From NCBI GenBank assembly GCA_036172245.1, contig JAYWIR010000019.1, positions 2,790,001-2,854,000 of the forward strand: DNA of 64,000 nt, written 5' to 3'. Below the pieces are notes generated by a model. The model was given only the letters and a program-made list of their open reading frames with translations, was not told the DNA's origin and made no database searches. The first letter of the stretch is position 1. Each line of letters begins with the position of its first letter. Both the position numbers and the translations under genes were made by a program. Positions 12,693 to 26,800 of this stretch are shown here, one piece after another. This DNA is from Raillietiella orientalis. Its lineage: Eukaryota.

Positions 12693-12954
12693 GTGAGCAC
12701 AGACAGCAGCGGTCCCAGCGGCCTTGAGGCACGAGTGATTCCGGGTTCACAAGTTGCCCCCGGGTCTCGACGGAGACGGTTGGCAGAGGAGACACCAACA
12801 CGACAAGGCATCCGCGGCGGCGGCGATGTTTCCTTTGTGGCGGATGCTCTCCCAGCCGCTTCGCGCTTCCCGTCGGAGGGAAGGCTGAAATGCACGCGGC
12901 GGCGCATGCGCCGCTAGCGCGAGTCCTTCATTCCTTGGTGCCATGCACACGCAG

Positions 12955-13036
12955 CCGAGCGGCTTCATGCGGGATGGCTTAGTCGCCGACGCGAGGCACA
13001 CGCCCTGGCTGTCGCACAGCATCCAAATCAGGCAGA
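12955..13036 (+). CDS. Candidate small klarsicht-like exon (PSGFMRDGLVADARHTPWLSHSIQIRQ)
   Basis: cgcag| acceptor and strong A|gtaagt donor; 82 nt, phase 0 to 1, compatible with the exon starting at 13495. No motif support. Confidence 0.35.
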
Positions 13037-13494
13037 GTAAGTAAGGAACGCTGCATGCGCTCGCGAGAGGACTCCCGGTCAGCGCCGTTGCTGCTGGCGT
13101 GTCTCCAGGACGAGCGAAATTCGCCCGTAGGGCGCTCGCCACCCACTCTCTTCCGCCGCCTCCTCTTTCGCTTTTTCTTGCTTCTCGCACCATCGAAGCT
13201 CGCGGCGCCGCTTTCCTCCTCTCAAGGGTCCGCTCCTCCTCTGCCCTCCGGGCAGCAAACGCAGAAGGCGTGAGAGCGAAGTGCCGAAATCCGAGGCGCG
13301 CGCCTTCGTGTGGGTGAGGGGAATCCACCGCCATTGCAGCTTCCTGCGCAGTCACGCCCACCTCCAGACGTTTCCGCTTCGGCTGCGCCGCGCCGGATCC
13401 GCGTGCGCGCCACCCTTCGCCCTTTCCCGTTCGAAGGATGACGCGCCATCTATTTTCTTGTGACAAAATTAACAAAGGAAACTGCTTCCATAAG

Positions 13495-13688
13495 GCGCCG
13501 TCGTCTTTCCCGAATGCGACCAATCGGCGAGTTCCATCCAGAGGAAATCGGAACAGGATCCGGAGGAATTGGAAAGCAAGCTAACCACGCTGAGGAATCA
13601 GCTCTTGCATGTAGAACAGCAGCTCGCAGATAACGAGTATCAGCTGGGCTCCAGGGAAGACATCTATCGGCGTCTCAACGAACTTCAG
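13495..13688 (+). CDS. klar: Klarsicht-like protein, coiled-coil/spectrin-like exon (...EELESKLTTLRNQLLHVEQQL...IYRRLNELQ)
   Basis: Heptad-like Leu pattern and strong donor CAG|gtaagc at 13688/13689. Acceptor cttccataag| (phase 1) is the most 5' one possible before an in-frame stop; a more 3' acceptor cannot be excluded. Confidence 0.7.
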
Positions 13689-16348
13689 GTAAGCGTCCTC
13701 GTCCTCGGTGCCGGAAACAGCTCCAGAACACCTTTCGGAGATTGCGTTTCTTCATCCCTCTCTTCGCTGGCACCGAGCGTATCCCTGCCGAAGACCTACA
13801 TGTCGTTTCCACTGTTCCTTCCCCTGCTTGCTACCAGAACCATCGCACTTCATCAACAGATGGCGGCGTTTCCATCAGGCAGCGTGAAGGGAAGCGCCGC
13901 ACGGTCGCTGTCGTTCGTTCCCCGGCTGTCCCTTCGTCAATTCCCGCTAAAGTTCGGGCTTCGGTAAATTTTCCGGTGCCCTGTTAAAAGCGGTTCGTGC
14001 GGCGCTTTGTTTCGATCTCCCGTTGCGTGCCGTTGCCGGGAATCCCGTCTTCAGCAAGATGCTGCGCCTGTCTGGCTGCGACTTCGCTGCCGGTTCCTTC
14101 GCAGCTCATCCGGAAACCGCCGGCTGGCTCCTGCTCTTGTCAGCTGCGAGCCCGGGGTGCACGTTCCTGTACTTCTCGCGTTCTTTTTTTTTTCGCAGGA
14201 ACTCTTAAAAATCCCTTGGGCATGCCCGGTCGTGATCGTGTTTGTGGAGGTCCGACGATCTGACTGTAGGACGGCCGATCTTATCGCATCTTATCCTGTG
14301 ACGTGGACGTGAGGTGCTGTTGTGACTTCGGGTCCTGTTCTGGCAGCAAGGCGGTCCACATCATCGCAACGCCTCGAAGTCCGGGAACTCGTGAACGTGG
14401 TCTTTTGCCAGGCGGAAGTGGGGGAACTTTGGCCTATCGGGCCGGATGCGGATGCGGTGCAGCCCGCAACGCGCTCTGGCTCAAGGGTGGAAGACAAACC
14501 CTTGGAAGGCCCGTAAACGAGTAGGGCGTGAGCGGTTCCGGGAAGTTCTTCATGCTTTTGCTGCGAGAGCGAGCTTGCAGTGGTGCAGTAGCTTAAAGCA
14601 GCATTCCATGAATTCTATTGTTTCTGGACGCTCCGGCGGAGTTGGCGGCCCTTGCTGCTGAATGCCACGGGCATTTCACGAACGCTGTTGCTGTGTACCT
14701 CGGGCAGCTGCTGACGGTCGTTTCCATCTTTCACAAAAGATTTTGCTCTTTTGAGAATGAACCAAAGCCGAAACTTTGATGGACTTGAGCGCACGACGAG
14801 GTGCTTTCCGTAGAGCGAGCCACTTAAACCAGGCACGGCTCGAGTCTGTCTTGGAAGCATAACGTCAGCATGGCATCCAACAGGGCAATCTGAAAATACA
14901 GCAGCAGCGCCGTCTTTCTCCGAGTCCGCCGTTGCGGCGAAACGTGGCCAGGCACGAGTAGCTCACCCTGCATTTTCGAGCCATCTGGAAGGCTCGGGTA
15001 TGGTTCCAGGATTGATTTCTAACCAGCCCCGATTTGAGGAAAAGGGATGTCAAGTTCCGCCGTTGCTAAAACTCGGGACACCTTCCCCTTTCCTTTCCCC
15101 CAGCGAGTGCAATGTTCCATTCGGTCAAAAAAGACGAAAGCAAGAATTCAGAAGCTTCGAGGTGGGTGCGTCCATTTCTGGGAAGGTCGCTTTAAAGCCC
15201 AGGAGAAAGCTGGATGTGGACCACGCGCGTATCTTCTTCGTCAAAGCTGAAGACAGTTCCGAGGTGGGGTGAGGGGAGAAGCGCGTGCTAGAGGGCTACC
15301 ATCGCTCCATGGATTATTGTCGTTCCTCCATTTTACCTCCATCCCTCGCCATTAGCGCACGCTTTCTTCTTGTCCAGGATCACCTGATTTTTGTTGTTGT
15401 TGTTTCCTCCTCGCGAAGTTCCGTTGGCTGCGCTCGACTTCGATTCCCCCTTCCGGCTACGTGTTGCCACTGTGCCCGCACCCACTGTTCCCTTCCTGTG
15501 TGTAGCAGCACCCTTTCGACAATCAGGGAAACATCTGGCAGTTACGTCAGTCGGCATTCTATTGATCGGCACCCAACGGGAATGTCTTGGAGTTCTAACC
15601 AGTCACCTTACTGTGCCTCGAGGGCTTTGGAAATCATGGTGGATGGCACGAATGACGTAGCCCCCCACTTCCCCCCCCCCCCTCTCGCCATCTTGCACGG
15701 TTAGCATCGTGAAGATGTTTCGGCACTGGGAGCGATTCTTGAAATTCAGCGTCCGTGGATTATTTGGGACGTCAGAATTCGATTCTTAGGGGAAACTTTT
15801 TCTGCGATCTTCCAAGGGTGCTGCAGATCTCGCGGAAATCGTGGAAGAGAAGCGTGTAGAGGAGCCTGCGGACCCAAGGGGACTTCCTCGTGGTCGTTCT
15901 TTTCCCCCGAACACGTGTTTGCCTTTCCTGACACGGACGGGGCGATGCTTGTGAATGCCTCCCATCTGTTCATTGTGTGAATTGCTCCGCGCAGGGACAG
16001 TCAATCAGTCAGGTTGCTGGCGGTTCCTCAATCAGTTGGGGGTTCCGTTCAAGGAAAGTTTCCTTCTCCTTGATGAAGTGCTCTGAGTTTTAAATTTAGA
16101 GGGAGGGGTCACGCGAAAAGTTGGTGGATGAGAGACCCTGATGTTTGTTTGAAACTTGTCGATCCTTGGATCCAGAGAGAAATTCCAAGGGGCTTTTTGC
16201 GGCGAAGAACGCGCTTCCCGGTCAGTGGACAGCAAGGGCGCTCTGTCTCGCTGGTTCGCAGCTGCTTCCACACAGGGTGGGGCCCCTTAAAGCTGACTTG
16301 CGATGCTGCCTCGAGCAGGCAGGACTCGGCTTGTTTTTAGACTGCCTT

Positions 16349-16579
16349 GTTGGCAGCCATGCTGGCCGCGCGCGCTGACGCCATGATGGCTCGTATCGGC
16401 ATGTTTCGAGGGCCGCTCGTGGCAAGCAGTGGCGCCCGCGCGCCTCAGCGCCACAGAAGAAGAAATTCACCGACAGCCGGGAATCCATCCTCACGGAGAG
16501 AAGGGATTTCGTGGGAAGGAACAGAGTTGCCAGCTCCGTTCGTTTCCCTGCAGTCGAGTTTTGTTGCTTCGAAACCGGT
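16349..16579 (+). repeat. ~230 bp intronic direct repeat, copy 1 (copy 2 at 17612-17846)
   Basis: Identical core 16429-16551 = 17694-17816; the 5' third is more diverged. Confidence 0.92.
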
Positions 16580-17611
16580 CTGGGTCAAGTTTGTTTCTCG
16601 CCTCATTCCCTGCAGCTTATTGTGATGTGAGGTCAGCCACTTAAAACCGTCCCGCCCGAAGCCTCGCCAGGCTTCGCCGCAGTCGAACCCGAGGCGGGAC
16701 GGTTTTCCAAGTGGCTCACCCTGCTGAAGGTCCACCGGGCGGAGAAAGAACAAAAGTGCAACTTGCACGGCAACGAGCGAGCATCTGTCCAAACGGTTTT
16801 CACACCCAACGATATCCGGGATCGTGCTTCTCTCGGTCAGCACCCACGTTCAGAAAAAGGTGTGGGTCTTCTTCCCGCCGGGAACGCGATCGGGGCTGCT
16901 CGGGGTTGGCACTTGGAAGGCAGGCGTGCACGTTTCGGTTGTGCATATGCCGAAACTGGAACGATTCGGAGAAACGGATCGTAGGGAGATGAAAAAAAAA
17001 AAAAAAAAAAATGAGGACGCCACAGGGAAACGAATACACAAAACGAGGATGCTTCCTCTCGATGAGCTCGGTTCGGTGGCAGAATCCTTGAAACGCAACA
17101 CTAACCCAAGCCACAGCACGGTGTCTCCGCTCCATGGTTACCAGTTGTCCTCCCGTTACACCGGAATGAGTTGCAATAGCTTCTGCTTTGGGGTCTCCTA
17201 TTGGAAACGCGACACTTCAGCTGCCCGCTGGCTGAGCTTCCATAGGGCGGGCAGCGTCGAATATCTTCGGCCTGTGGGCGGCAACCGCGTCTCCTCGAAG
17301 GCTGGCAGCAGGCATGGCGGTTGAAAGCAGGCAATCCGCGCAGCACGCAAGGGTCAGTGCGACGAGCAAGAAGGAAGGAGGGCTGAAATCCCAAATGCCT
17401 CCGTTTCTGCCGCGGGGGGTGTTCGTTGTGATTCGGTGCTGCTCGGTCGCTGCGGCAGCGCTTTCGCAGATGGCGCTGCCCTCTCTGACTTTCGGAAATT
17501 CCGGATCCGCCCCGTTTTGCGAAACTTCTCGGGGAGGGGGTGGGGTGGGGGGGCGTCGTGACCGTGGTGGGGGGACTCGCGGCAGGACGTGCCCCTTCGC
17601 GACATCGCGAG

Positions 17612-17846
17612 GTTGGCAGCCATGCTGGCCGCGCGCGCTGACTCCACGATTTCCCGCGCCGGCATGTTTTGAGGGACGCGCTCGTGGGAAGCGGTGGCGC
17701 CCGCGCGCCTCAGCGCCACAGAAGAAGAAATTCACCGACAGCCGGGAATCCATCCTCACGGAGAGAAGGGATTTCGTGGGAAGGAACAGAGTTGCCAGCT
17801 CCGTTCGTTTCCCTGCGGTCGAGTTTTGTTGCATTCGAAAATCGGT
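17612..17846 (+). repeat. ~230 bp intronic direct repeat, copy 2
   Basis: See copy 1; both translate to MAPARLSATEEEIHRQPGIHPHGEKGF... in the ORF track. Confidence 0.92.
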
Positions 17847-20800
17847 GACTTTTGGCGGCTCTCCGAACGACGCTGACCACGGAGCTCCGGCGTCCCGCCG
17901 CGCCGCGAAACGCGCGGTCAGGAGGTGGGATGGGGGGAGGGTAGGGGAGGGAGGGAACCCAGCGAACGCAAAAGCGTTTGCGGGTGAGGACGGAATTTAC
18001 TGGCGTCAGCCACGAATGCGTTCCTTGCAGCGCCCCGAAGGAACGGCTTGAATGCTTCCTCGGGAGCGGCTGCGAACGAGCCTTTCGCGTTAACCGGAAA
18101 TTTGCATGTTTCGCTTTTATGATTTCCGAGCAGCCGAAGCTGACCCTTCGCTCTGCAGATTCGCAAATTGCCTTTCCGGTGCACGGGTCGGGTCCTGCGC
18201 GTTCTGAAACATTCCGTGACGGTGTTATCCTCGCAGGCCCGGAGGATAATGTCCTTGCGAGGTTTGTGCGCGCTCACCCTGCGCGCAGCCCTGCGCTGGA
18301 GCAGATGGAAGCATGTAATTGGATCGCTTCCAGACTGCGCACCGAAAATCGGGCAGTTGCCTCGCATTAAAGAGTGGCGACCGCCGCCTCCCCGCGCTGG
18401 ACGAGCGCGCCATTTTCTTTTTTTCCGTTTTCCCCTGGTGATGTGAAGGTCACTTCTGAGTCGATCGCTCACGCATTCACTCGTTAGCTGTTTCCTTCCG
18501 GTCAGAGGCTGGTGGAGTGTCGCTCGCTTTGCGTGCCGTGGCACGTCAGGAACGCTTTTTTCCATCCGTGCCCTTGTGGTGCTGTGCTCCCGGCGCGCCT
18601 TCGCAGCCGAGGAAGGGTCAATCGCAGCCGAGTCCCCCGATTTCCTGGCGCGAAGCAACCTTGCTCCTCCCGTCTCTGCAGGGAAGGCGGTTGCACGAGC
18701 GGCAGATGACCGCCTGGTACTCGTTTTCGAGGCACGGACTGGCACGCGCCGCCGCCGCCGCTGCCGGCAGCTTCCCGGGTCAGAGGTCACGCTTCCCTCG
18801 TGGCGTCTGGTCCGAGCCGTTCCTCGTTTCCGCGTGAGTCCGTTGACTCCGCACGCACGCGGGTGCACGCGCTCACGCTCATGCGGAAACAAAAACATGG
18901 GAAACAGGTAAACGCGTCTGTCGGGTGCTCTCGACACTCGGAAGCTGTGAGCGCATCGCTCGTTTTCCTTCTCCCCTTCCCCCCGTTCTTTTGTGCCGTT
19001 TTCCCCTCTCTGCCGCGGTTTGCGTTCTCGTCTCGCGTTGGGTCGCCTCCTGTGGTCGGTCCCTCACCAGCGAGGTGCCGCTCCGCAATTTCTCTGGAGC
19101 GAACGGAGTCCGCTCCCGGTCCGCTCGCATTTTTCGCCCGAGACGTAGGTGGGGCGAGGAGCGAGGAAAGGAAGCCGAATCGGGGCGAACGCGAAGGAGG
19201 CACGAGTCAGGGCAGGGGGAGCGCCAGCTCGTGCCTTCTCCCGGACCGGTGACCTGTTTTTCCCAATCCTGAGGGTGACCGGACGCCCCAGTTCGCTCTT
19301 GCGCGCCTCGCGACTGTGGTCGCGTGCCTCGGAGAGGTTCAAAAAGCAAAAAAAAACTGGATGGGAACGATGGGTTCGTCCTTGTCCCTTCCCTCTCGCC
19401 ACCAGGCATCTGGATTTGGTGCTCGGTCGGAAGGAGAGTCGTTCGTGGCGCTGCTTAGGTGCGTGCGCATTCTGAAGTTTCGCCTGCATCCGTTCCGGGA
19501 AAGCGTGCTCCTACCGTGACGCCTAGTCGAAAGCTGCACCCTTTCATCCTTTCCGCGTCAGTAAGGATGCTGGTCTTATCTGTCGGAAGAGTCTCGGTGT
19601 CCGTTCGAGGCTAAGTCCTGCCCCCGTATTGCCTCAAGAAAAAAAATGTGGCCTAGAGACGCCGCTGTTGGGCTTCTTTGAGGTCAGCTCCAGGGCACTT
19701 CAGTCTGATACTCCGGTGAAACAGCGATAGAAGGCTGCAAGGGGGGTACCGGGCTCCCGATTTTTTAACCTGCGTTTTGCAGCATCCTCTGCAGGTTAAT
19801 CTAGAGGGTGGTCCTGTGTCTCGGGTTCCAGACAACCACGGGGCGACATAACATTGCAGCCTGGACGGTGGTTCGTTCCAGGAATGATTTCGTTGCTGAC
19901 CTGGACCCGTCGAGGGGGGGGGGGATATTTCGGCTTGGTTTCGCGATCTCAAGGAATTCGGGCATTGGTCTGTCAACCACTGCTTGATTCAGGATCAGGC
20001 AACTGTGCGCTTGTGTACGTCTTGCATCTCTGTTCACCCTCGTCCATGCATCAGTTGTCTTCTTAGTAGACGGATTTGAACGCTGCACTCTCTCACGAAC
20101 ATTCTATAAGCCGTAGGAAAGGACAACTCGTCTGCATTGATACGATGGGCATACGTGTTTCCCTCTGTTGCTTGCTCGTGCTTGACGTAGAAAAATGACA
20201 AATGTTGCCAGCGTTAGGTTCATTTAACGGCTGGTAGATGGCAGGCAATCGATCTCCTTTGGCTCGTATTTGGGAACGTATGGTTTGGACTCGTGTCTAA
20301 GAAATTTCCTTTCACTGTTGTCAGTGAGACGTGCCCCGTGTGTTTTGGTTGCCAGCAACACACACCCTTCGAACACCTTTGAATTCCATTCCTTGCTTCT
20401 GCTTTTTTCTTTTTTTCGAAAACTCAGAATCGGCGAGATGGTCCATGTTTCATTTCTCTGCATTTCTGTTGGGGTCGCCATTGCAACAGATTCGTCGTAC
20501 GTTCTGTCCGTGAGGCCGCTGAGTGAATCGCGGCGTGATCTTCAAAGCTCTTTGCGTGTCCGTTCATTCATCAATGCCGCCAATCTTCCTTTTGTTTTCC
20601 GCGAAGAGTGTCTGCAAGGATTCGGCAATCCAACTCTCTTCTCCGGCACGTGGAACGAACAAGGCAAGGTTGCTTCCACGTGCTCCGGGAAGCACGCACT
20701 GTGTGTGACACCGAAGGTACGTGAATTTCCCGGCCTGCGACGGATAAGTAGACTTTTTCCTTTGCTAATCAGGAGGCAAACAAACAAACACACACACACA

Positions 20801-23800
20801 AAAAAGAGAAACATACGTACTTGCGAGCGAGCACACTTTCCCAACACGTTTCCTGCAGGATGAAATTCGCATGTCTCCTCCAGGTCGGCTCCACCTCGAT
20901 CCGTATTCATCATCTCATTCGTAGTATCCCACTACTTGCCTCCGATCCCATAGATGTGCGTGGCGATGTGCTCGATCACTTGTCATTATGCCTGATCAAT
21001 TGTGCTGATGATGTTTTCATGCTGCGTGGAGAATGATGCAGCATGAAATGAAGAGTGAGATGGAGAATTAGAATAGGGAAGCACCGTGAAGAACTGGCTT
21101 CCGATAAAAGGAATCACGAAACTGGTTTCTGTTGGTGTGGAGGTGATTGCGAAATCCTCCGTAAGACCGTTTTTAATGACCAATTTATATGCTGCAGTTT
21201 ATTTCTCATCTCATCTAAAATAGGGAGTATTCCGGAATTGACACCAAATGAACACAACATGTCATTGGAATATTGAAGGTATAAGACTTTTTTCGAAATA
21301 CGTATCTTGTGCCTTTTTAGAACATGATTTAGAGCTCTGCTTTGATTTCTCATGCACTGTTTTTTTTTTTTTTTTACACGTTTTCAACACATCTAGTTTT
21401 TTTATCCATTAAGCTTCGATCCGTGCGGCGTTGGCTGTAATGTTCGCTGTTCTTCGATGGCTCCGGCCTCCTTCCAAAGAAGAAGTTCCCCCCCTGGTCG
21501 TCATGTGGCAGAGGCCTCGGTAGCTTCTGGCGACTGGGCTGATGAGGCAGGGTGCAGGCAGGGAGCTGAACGTTCGCCTCTTGATTACGTTTTTCAATGC
21601 GAACAACACATAATCTCTTCCACATGTCCGTATCTCCTGGAAACCATGGAAGCCTTATCCTGATACACCGGTGATTCTCGGGAGCTCTTTCCCTTTCGGA
21701 ATACAGATGTTTTCCTTCTTCAGGCCCTTGCTGCTGTGGAGGAGGGACTTTGTATTCTGCTTATTGATTGCCTTTTGTAACTCGCGCGAACTTTCATTCC
21801 CGAAAGTTCATCATTGGATCCGCAGATCTTCAGCTGAAGAGAGGGAGAGGGAGAGAGAAAATGCTCCCAGCCAACACGTGTGAAACGGTGGTCCGTTGTG
21901 GGGTGATAAGCATCGTGTGTCGTGCACGGTTTCCGAGCAGAAAGCACATCAGTCACCTCGCAGCCGTAGTTTGCTGTGGTGTTCTTGTTCGCTTTGTGTG
22001 TTTCTTCCGTTTTGCTCAACCAGCGCCTTCAGTGTACCCGAAAATCGGCGTTGGTGCGTTAGGACGTTTCCGAGGCAGCAGGGCGTGGAGGCTGGGCAGC
22101 GTCCACTGTGAAACATCGAGTAATCCCCGAATCCTTCCTTAGTTTAGAGTCATCTTTGGTTTTTTTTTTTTTTTGTTTAATATAGAATGGATGATGCCAC
22201 GTGCATTGTGGAAAAATTTGTTACCTTTCCTTTTGTGCGACCAGCGCCCTCAAAGACCTAATGCTCGATATCAGAACCGGCGATTTGTTGTCGTTGTTGT
22301 TGTTGACACATCCTGAACGGATGTCATCCGTCATCTCTTGTAGTCGTTGCTGCTGCAACAAATCAATTCCCAGCAATTCTTGCGATAGGATTAGGAGAAA
22401 TGGTATGCGGCCGTTTATAGATTGAAGAGACTACTGTTGCAGTTTGGTTATGCATCTTCCTTGTTTCTGCGAAACCGCTGATGGAACGAGGAAACCGTTT
22501 TAGATTTCAGGTCATAGTGCAGGTTTTTGTTAGGTACTTGAGTGGGAAGAGAGGATAAATCCAGCTGATGAAGGGTGTATCGAATGGATTCTAAGAAGAT
22601 CGATTCCTCTCGTCCAAAATAGGTTGCGGTGAAGGGCGCTTCTGTTCTTGCATCTGCATGGACCAGTTTACCCTCGATGCCATCGATGGATGGGAGGGTG
22701 GCTCGGAGCTGACTCGGGCCGCCGTGATTGAAATCCACTGCTCACGAACTGCTACTCTTTCGCGCGAGACATGAAACAAGCGCGAGTTTTTTTCCCTTCT
22801 ACATGTGATCTCCGAATTTGCGAAGAAGATTTGGAAAGATATGGAAAATCGAAGCATCTTGGGCAGTGCTGCCTTCCTCTGAAGAACAGAGGATCCTGTT
22901 CGCAGGGTAAACTGAATTTCATCTCACTGAAATGCTCCATCCGACCTTACTCCGCTGCTTTAAGGGGATTGGACGCGATCTGCTGGTTCGAAAGAGAGGG
23001 AGACCGAAAGATGATTTTGCATGAGTGGTTTTATGTGGACCGAAGACAAAAACCGTGGCGTTTGCTAGGGATTGATTTGTCCTTTTTTTCTTTTTTTCCT
23101 TTTTTAGTGATTCCATGGAAAGTATGAAAGCTTAGGTTTCCGATATTTGGTTAACGAGATGGTAAACGTGGTCGTTGCCCGCTGCAAGTGCAGGATTGTA
23201 GAACATTTATCATTACAAAGGAGCTTTAGCAGTGAGCCTTCCATTGACAAATTGCCGAGATTTAAAGACTTTTTTTTTTTTTTTTTTTTTTAGCCGGTCC
23301 AAAGATACTGGCACCTATTTCTTATTATGCAAATTAACCGTATTTTTATTTTTCTCCTTCTCGCCTATGATTGTAAGCAAGGAGACCAATTCAGATACAG
23401 ATGAATGACACAATGGCAGACGGATGTCAGCTCAACTTCGCTCTTTCGCAAACAACCGCCAATTGCTGATGTGCATCCATTATATTCGAGAGGACAGCCG
23501 TCTGACAAATTCGGCCTATTTTGTGCGTACTTTTGATGGAAGCAGATCACAGTGTTACTCTGCGAGGGCTGAAGCCTCGCTACGACATGCGGATCTCATG
23601 AATAGAATGCCCTCGAACCGAGGTTTTGAATGTTTCGCCGTGCAAGATTTTGAAAAGTCGCAGCGCCCGTTGTTATTCTAATTCGCTCTCGGCCTGGCGA
23701 CGAGGCTGGCGAACGTGGCGTTTGGCGCGCGGTGTAAGAGGTGGAGGCCATCCGGGGAGATTTTCAGCCCACCGTCCTTCACTCCTCTTCCGGATGCTGC

Positions 23801-26800
23801 TGGGTTCGAGCCTGCAAGGTGCGGTGTGTCTGACCGAATTCTTCGTCTAACTGTTTTGAGGGTGGCAGGAGATTTGGCAGTCCAGGTTCTTGCATTCAAG
23901 GTGCGTTCGTTTTGGGATAGGACTTCCTCCCCTAGGCATCTCCAACGGTTTCACAAGAGGAAGAAGAAGAAGGGGAGGGGAGAAGCAAAAATACTGCTCG
24001 CCTTTTTAGATCGTCAGAGCTTCTTGAAGAGAATGCCTGGTCCTCTCGTAGTAACCCAAACTCCGGTCCTGCATTTCTGAAAACGCGGAGGGAAAAGCTC
24101 TCGGCGAGTTTTTCGAAAAGGCTCCGGGCACCGGTTGAAGTTCGAGGTTTCCACTTGCATTTATATCGAGCGTAGTCGATTTGCAGCTCGTGATTTGCGA
24201 GGTCAAGTATATGCTCCCGGTATTAGACAGATGCTTGCATGAATGCGGGCGCATGGTAGCTCCCACGAAGCGAGCAAATTTTGTTCAAATGATATGCATT
24301 ATAGACTCAACAGGATCTCGAATTCTGTAATGGAATTCCTGATTTATGGATGGAATAAACAGACTCAAAGAGATACTTGATGAAATGAATTAATTTTTTG
24401 TGTGCTTTGGAGTGACATGGGGCCGTGATTTACTGAAAAGATTCGGAACGATACCTGTGTTTTTTGCCATGCGCGTTCTGCAACGAAGCAACTCGCTCCT
24501 GAAGGCTGCAGCATTTTTTTTTTTTTTTTTTTTTTCCACATCGCATTCTTAAAGACACAGTCCGTTTCACCGTACATCAAAACATTCGTGGAGTAGGTTT
24601 GTGCCGGTATTGGCTTGCCTGCTTATCGCTGGGAGTGATCGTGTTCGGAAGAGTGCTCCTTGGAGCGGCAGGGTTGCCACAGAGCCTTGCCCTGCAGACA
24701 GCGACAGGAAAAGCAATCAGAATAAAGTGGAAGGAGCTGACTGGCGGTCGGTTTCCATCATTTTTCTACGGTGCTTGGCGAATTCCTCGCGGACCGCACC
24801 AGTCCGCCCCCGTCGACGACGGCAGAACGTGTGGACGACGTGTCGTCCACGTCTACGGGGCCGGAGGAAATTTCGTGTTTGTGGGCATCCGTTCCGCACT
24901 GAAAAGCTATCAGAACTGCTGACCTCGCTCGATGCCTGCCCACTTCCCTGGGGATCGGAACCACGGGAGCACTTGATGCTTTCGAGAACGTGGTGGTCGA
25001 CTGCTGTCCTTCGGAACTTCGCCGTCTGCGGTCCTCTCGTTTTTTCCGGTCTGAAGACGCGGGAGCCTCTAACGATTCCTGTTGCCAGTTATCGCTCCTG
25101 GTGGTTCGAGAATGCTCCGCTCCCGGAGCGAGGGGAAAGGAAGAATTTCTTCGCGAAGCTTTTCTCGGCGGTTTTGCTTTCATCTAGGATCTCCTTGCGT
25201 ATCCAACTTGATTCTGCGAGGCTAGACCCTGCAGTGGCCTGTACCTACCAACCGGGACTCGGACAGGGAATTCTGCCCCGAAGCTGAGCCTGGATCGTCG
25301 GACAGCTCAGAGACAGAAGTGACCGGCATGGGTTTAGGAGTGGTTGGATTATGGGTTTGCCAAAGAGCTCCTGATGCAACAGCGTCTCTTGTAGTCGTTA
25401 TTGCTGCTTCCACCGGAGATGGCAGTGTCGTTTTTCCTCCGTGCCTTTCCCTGATTCAAGAAGAGCACACTCTTGCCTCTCTTTTTGCTCGGGTGTTTCG
25501 TGAATGGTATGCATCGTGCAGCTTCACTGTTGTTGGCTTGCAAATGACGGGGAAAGGGGGCATTCGCTCCCGTAGTTTCGTGCGCTCGGATGCAGCCTCC
25601 CAGTGCCTGGAAGACGTGTTGGGTGCCGCAGCGAGGGCCTCTCGCAGTTCTTTTGCAGTCTTGCAGCGCTGTGCCGGAAGAACCTCCTCTCCCGCCTCGG
25701 TGAGTGGTCGGAGGGCAGTCATTGCGAGTGAGATGAAAGGGATACCGAGAGGCTTGAAGGGAAGCAACTTCTTCGTCGGATGATGCATCAATACTTGCTC
25801 AACCGATGAGCATCGATGTGGTGACCTTTGTGCCCGCTACGCTCTTGTTCGGGAGTACCTGGTTCTGAAGATCGTATCGGGCTCTTTTAGAGGCTCGTCA
25901 TCTGCACCTCTTCCTGTTCGGATCGCCTCCCTCGCTTCTTTGCAAATACACAGCCGTTCTGCCGAAAGGGTCTTCTTGCCCATCAGATTCTTGGAACCCA
26001 TCAGGCGAACTCCTTCTGTTCCCTCATTAGGTCGCCGCTGCACCTCACCACAAACTCGCGTCCAGTGTGGATGCATCCCTCCGACTTCATTTCCTCTTAT
26101 TCTTTCATGAGTTGGCGCCTATGTCCACTGCGCGCGCGAGCCCGTCATGTGTCTTGCGGCGGGAATCCTGCATCCTGGAGCACTCAGGGCGCCGCGTTGA
26201 CCCCAGCACCAAGTGAAGGAATCTCTTCGTAGAATGCAGTTTGTCGGATCGCCCCGATCCGAATCACCTGCGAGGCCACTGCCTAACGATCAGCATCCAG
26301 ACTTTAGAAGAAACGCTCTCTGCGAATCCGTCTTCTCAAATCCGGCATCTGGGAAGTGGCAGCGAGGCAAAGGAACCATCTGTTGTGTTCGCGCCTTTCG
26401 ATAGAAAGAAAAAACCCTGCCTCTTTTTCACAGACTCTTTTATGTTTATTTTTTTTTCCTTTTGCTTGGTCTCCCGGAAGACGGCCCGCTGCTTTGCTCC
26501 GAGCAGGGTGCCACGTTTCGTGCATTGCGGTGCGTGGATTTTCGGTCGTCCAGTGCTATTCCACGACTTCGTGGTTTTCTCCCTTTTCCGGGAAAGGGGA
26601 CAGGGAAAGGAGGAAAAAGCACCTGGATCGGATGGCGCGCGAGCGTGCCTGTTGAGGTTTGGGGATCTGGAAGACGTCAGCATCAGCTTGCCCTCAAGAA
26701 CCTGCGGAGTCGGCACCGGTGGAGGAATACAGGAGCTGAGTGTGTCACGTAGGCAGGCTTATTGCTTCTAGCAAAATGGGCAGTTAGGGCAACGCCAAAG

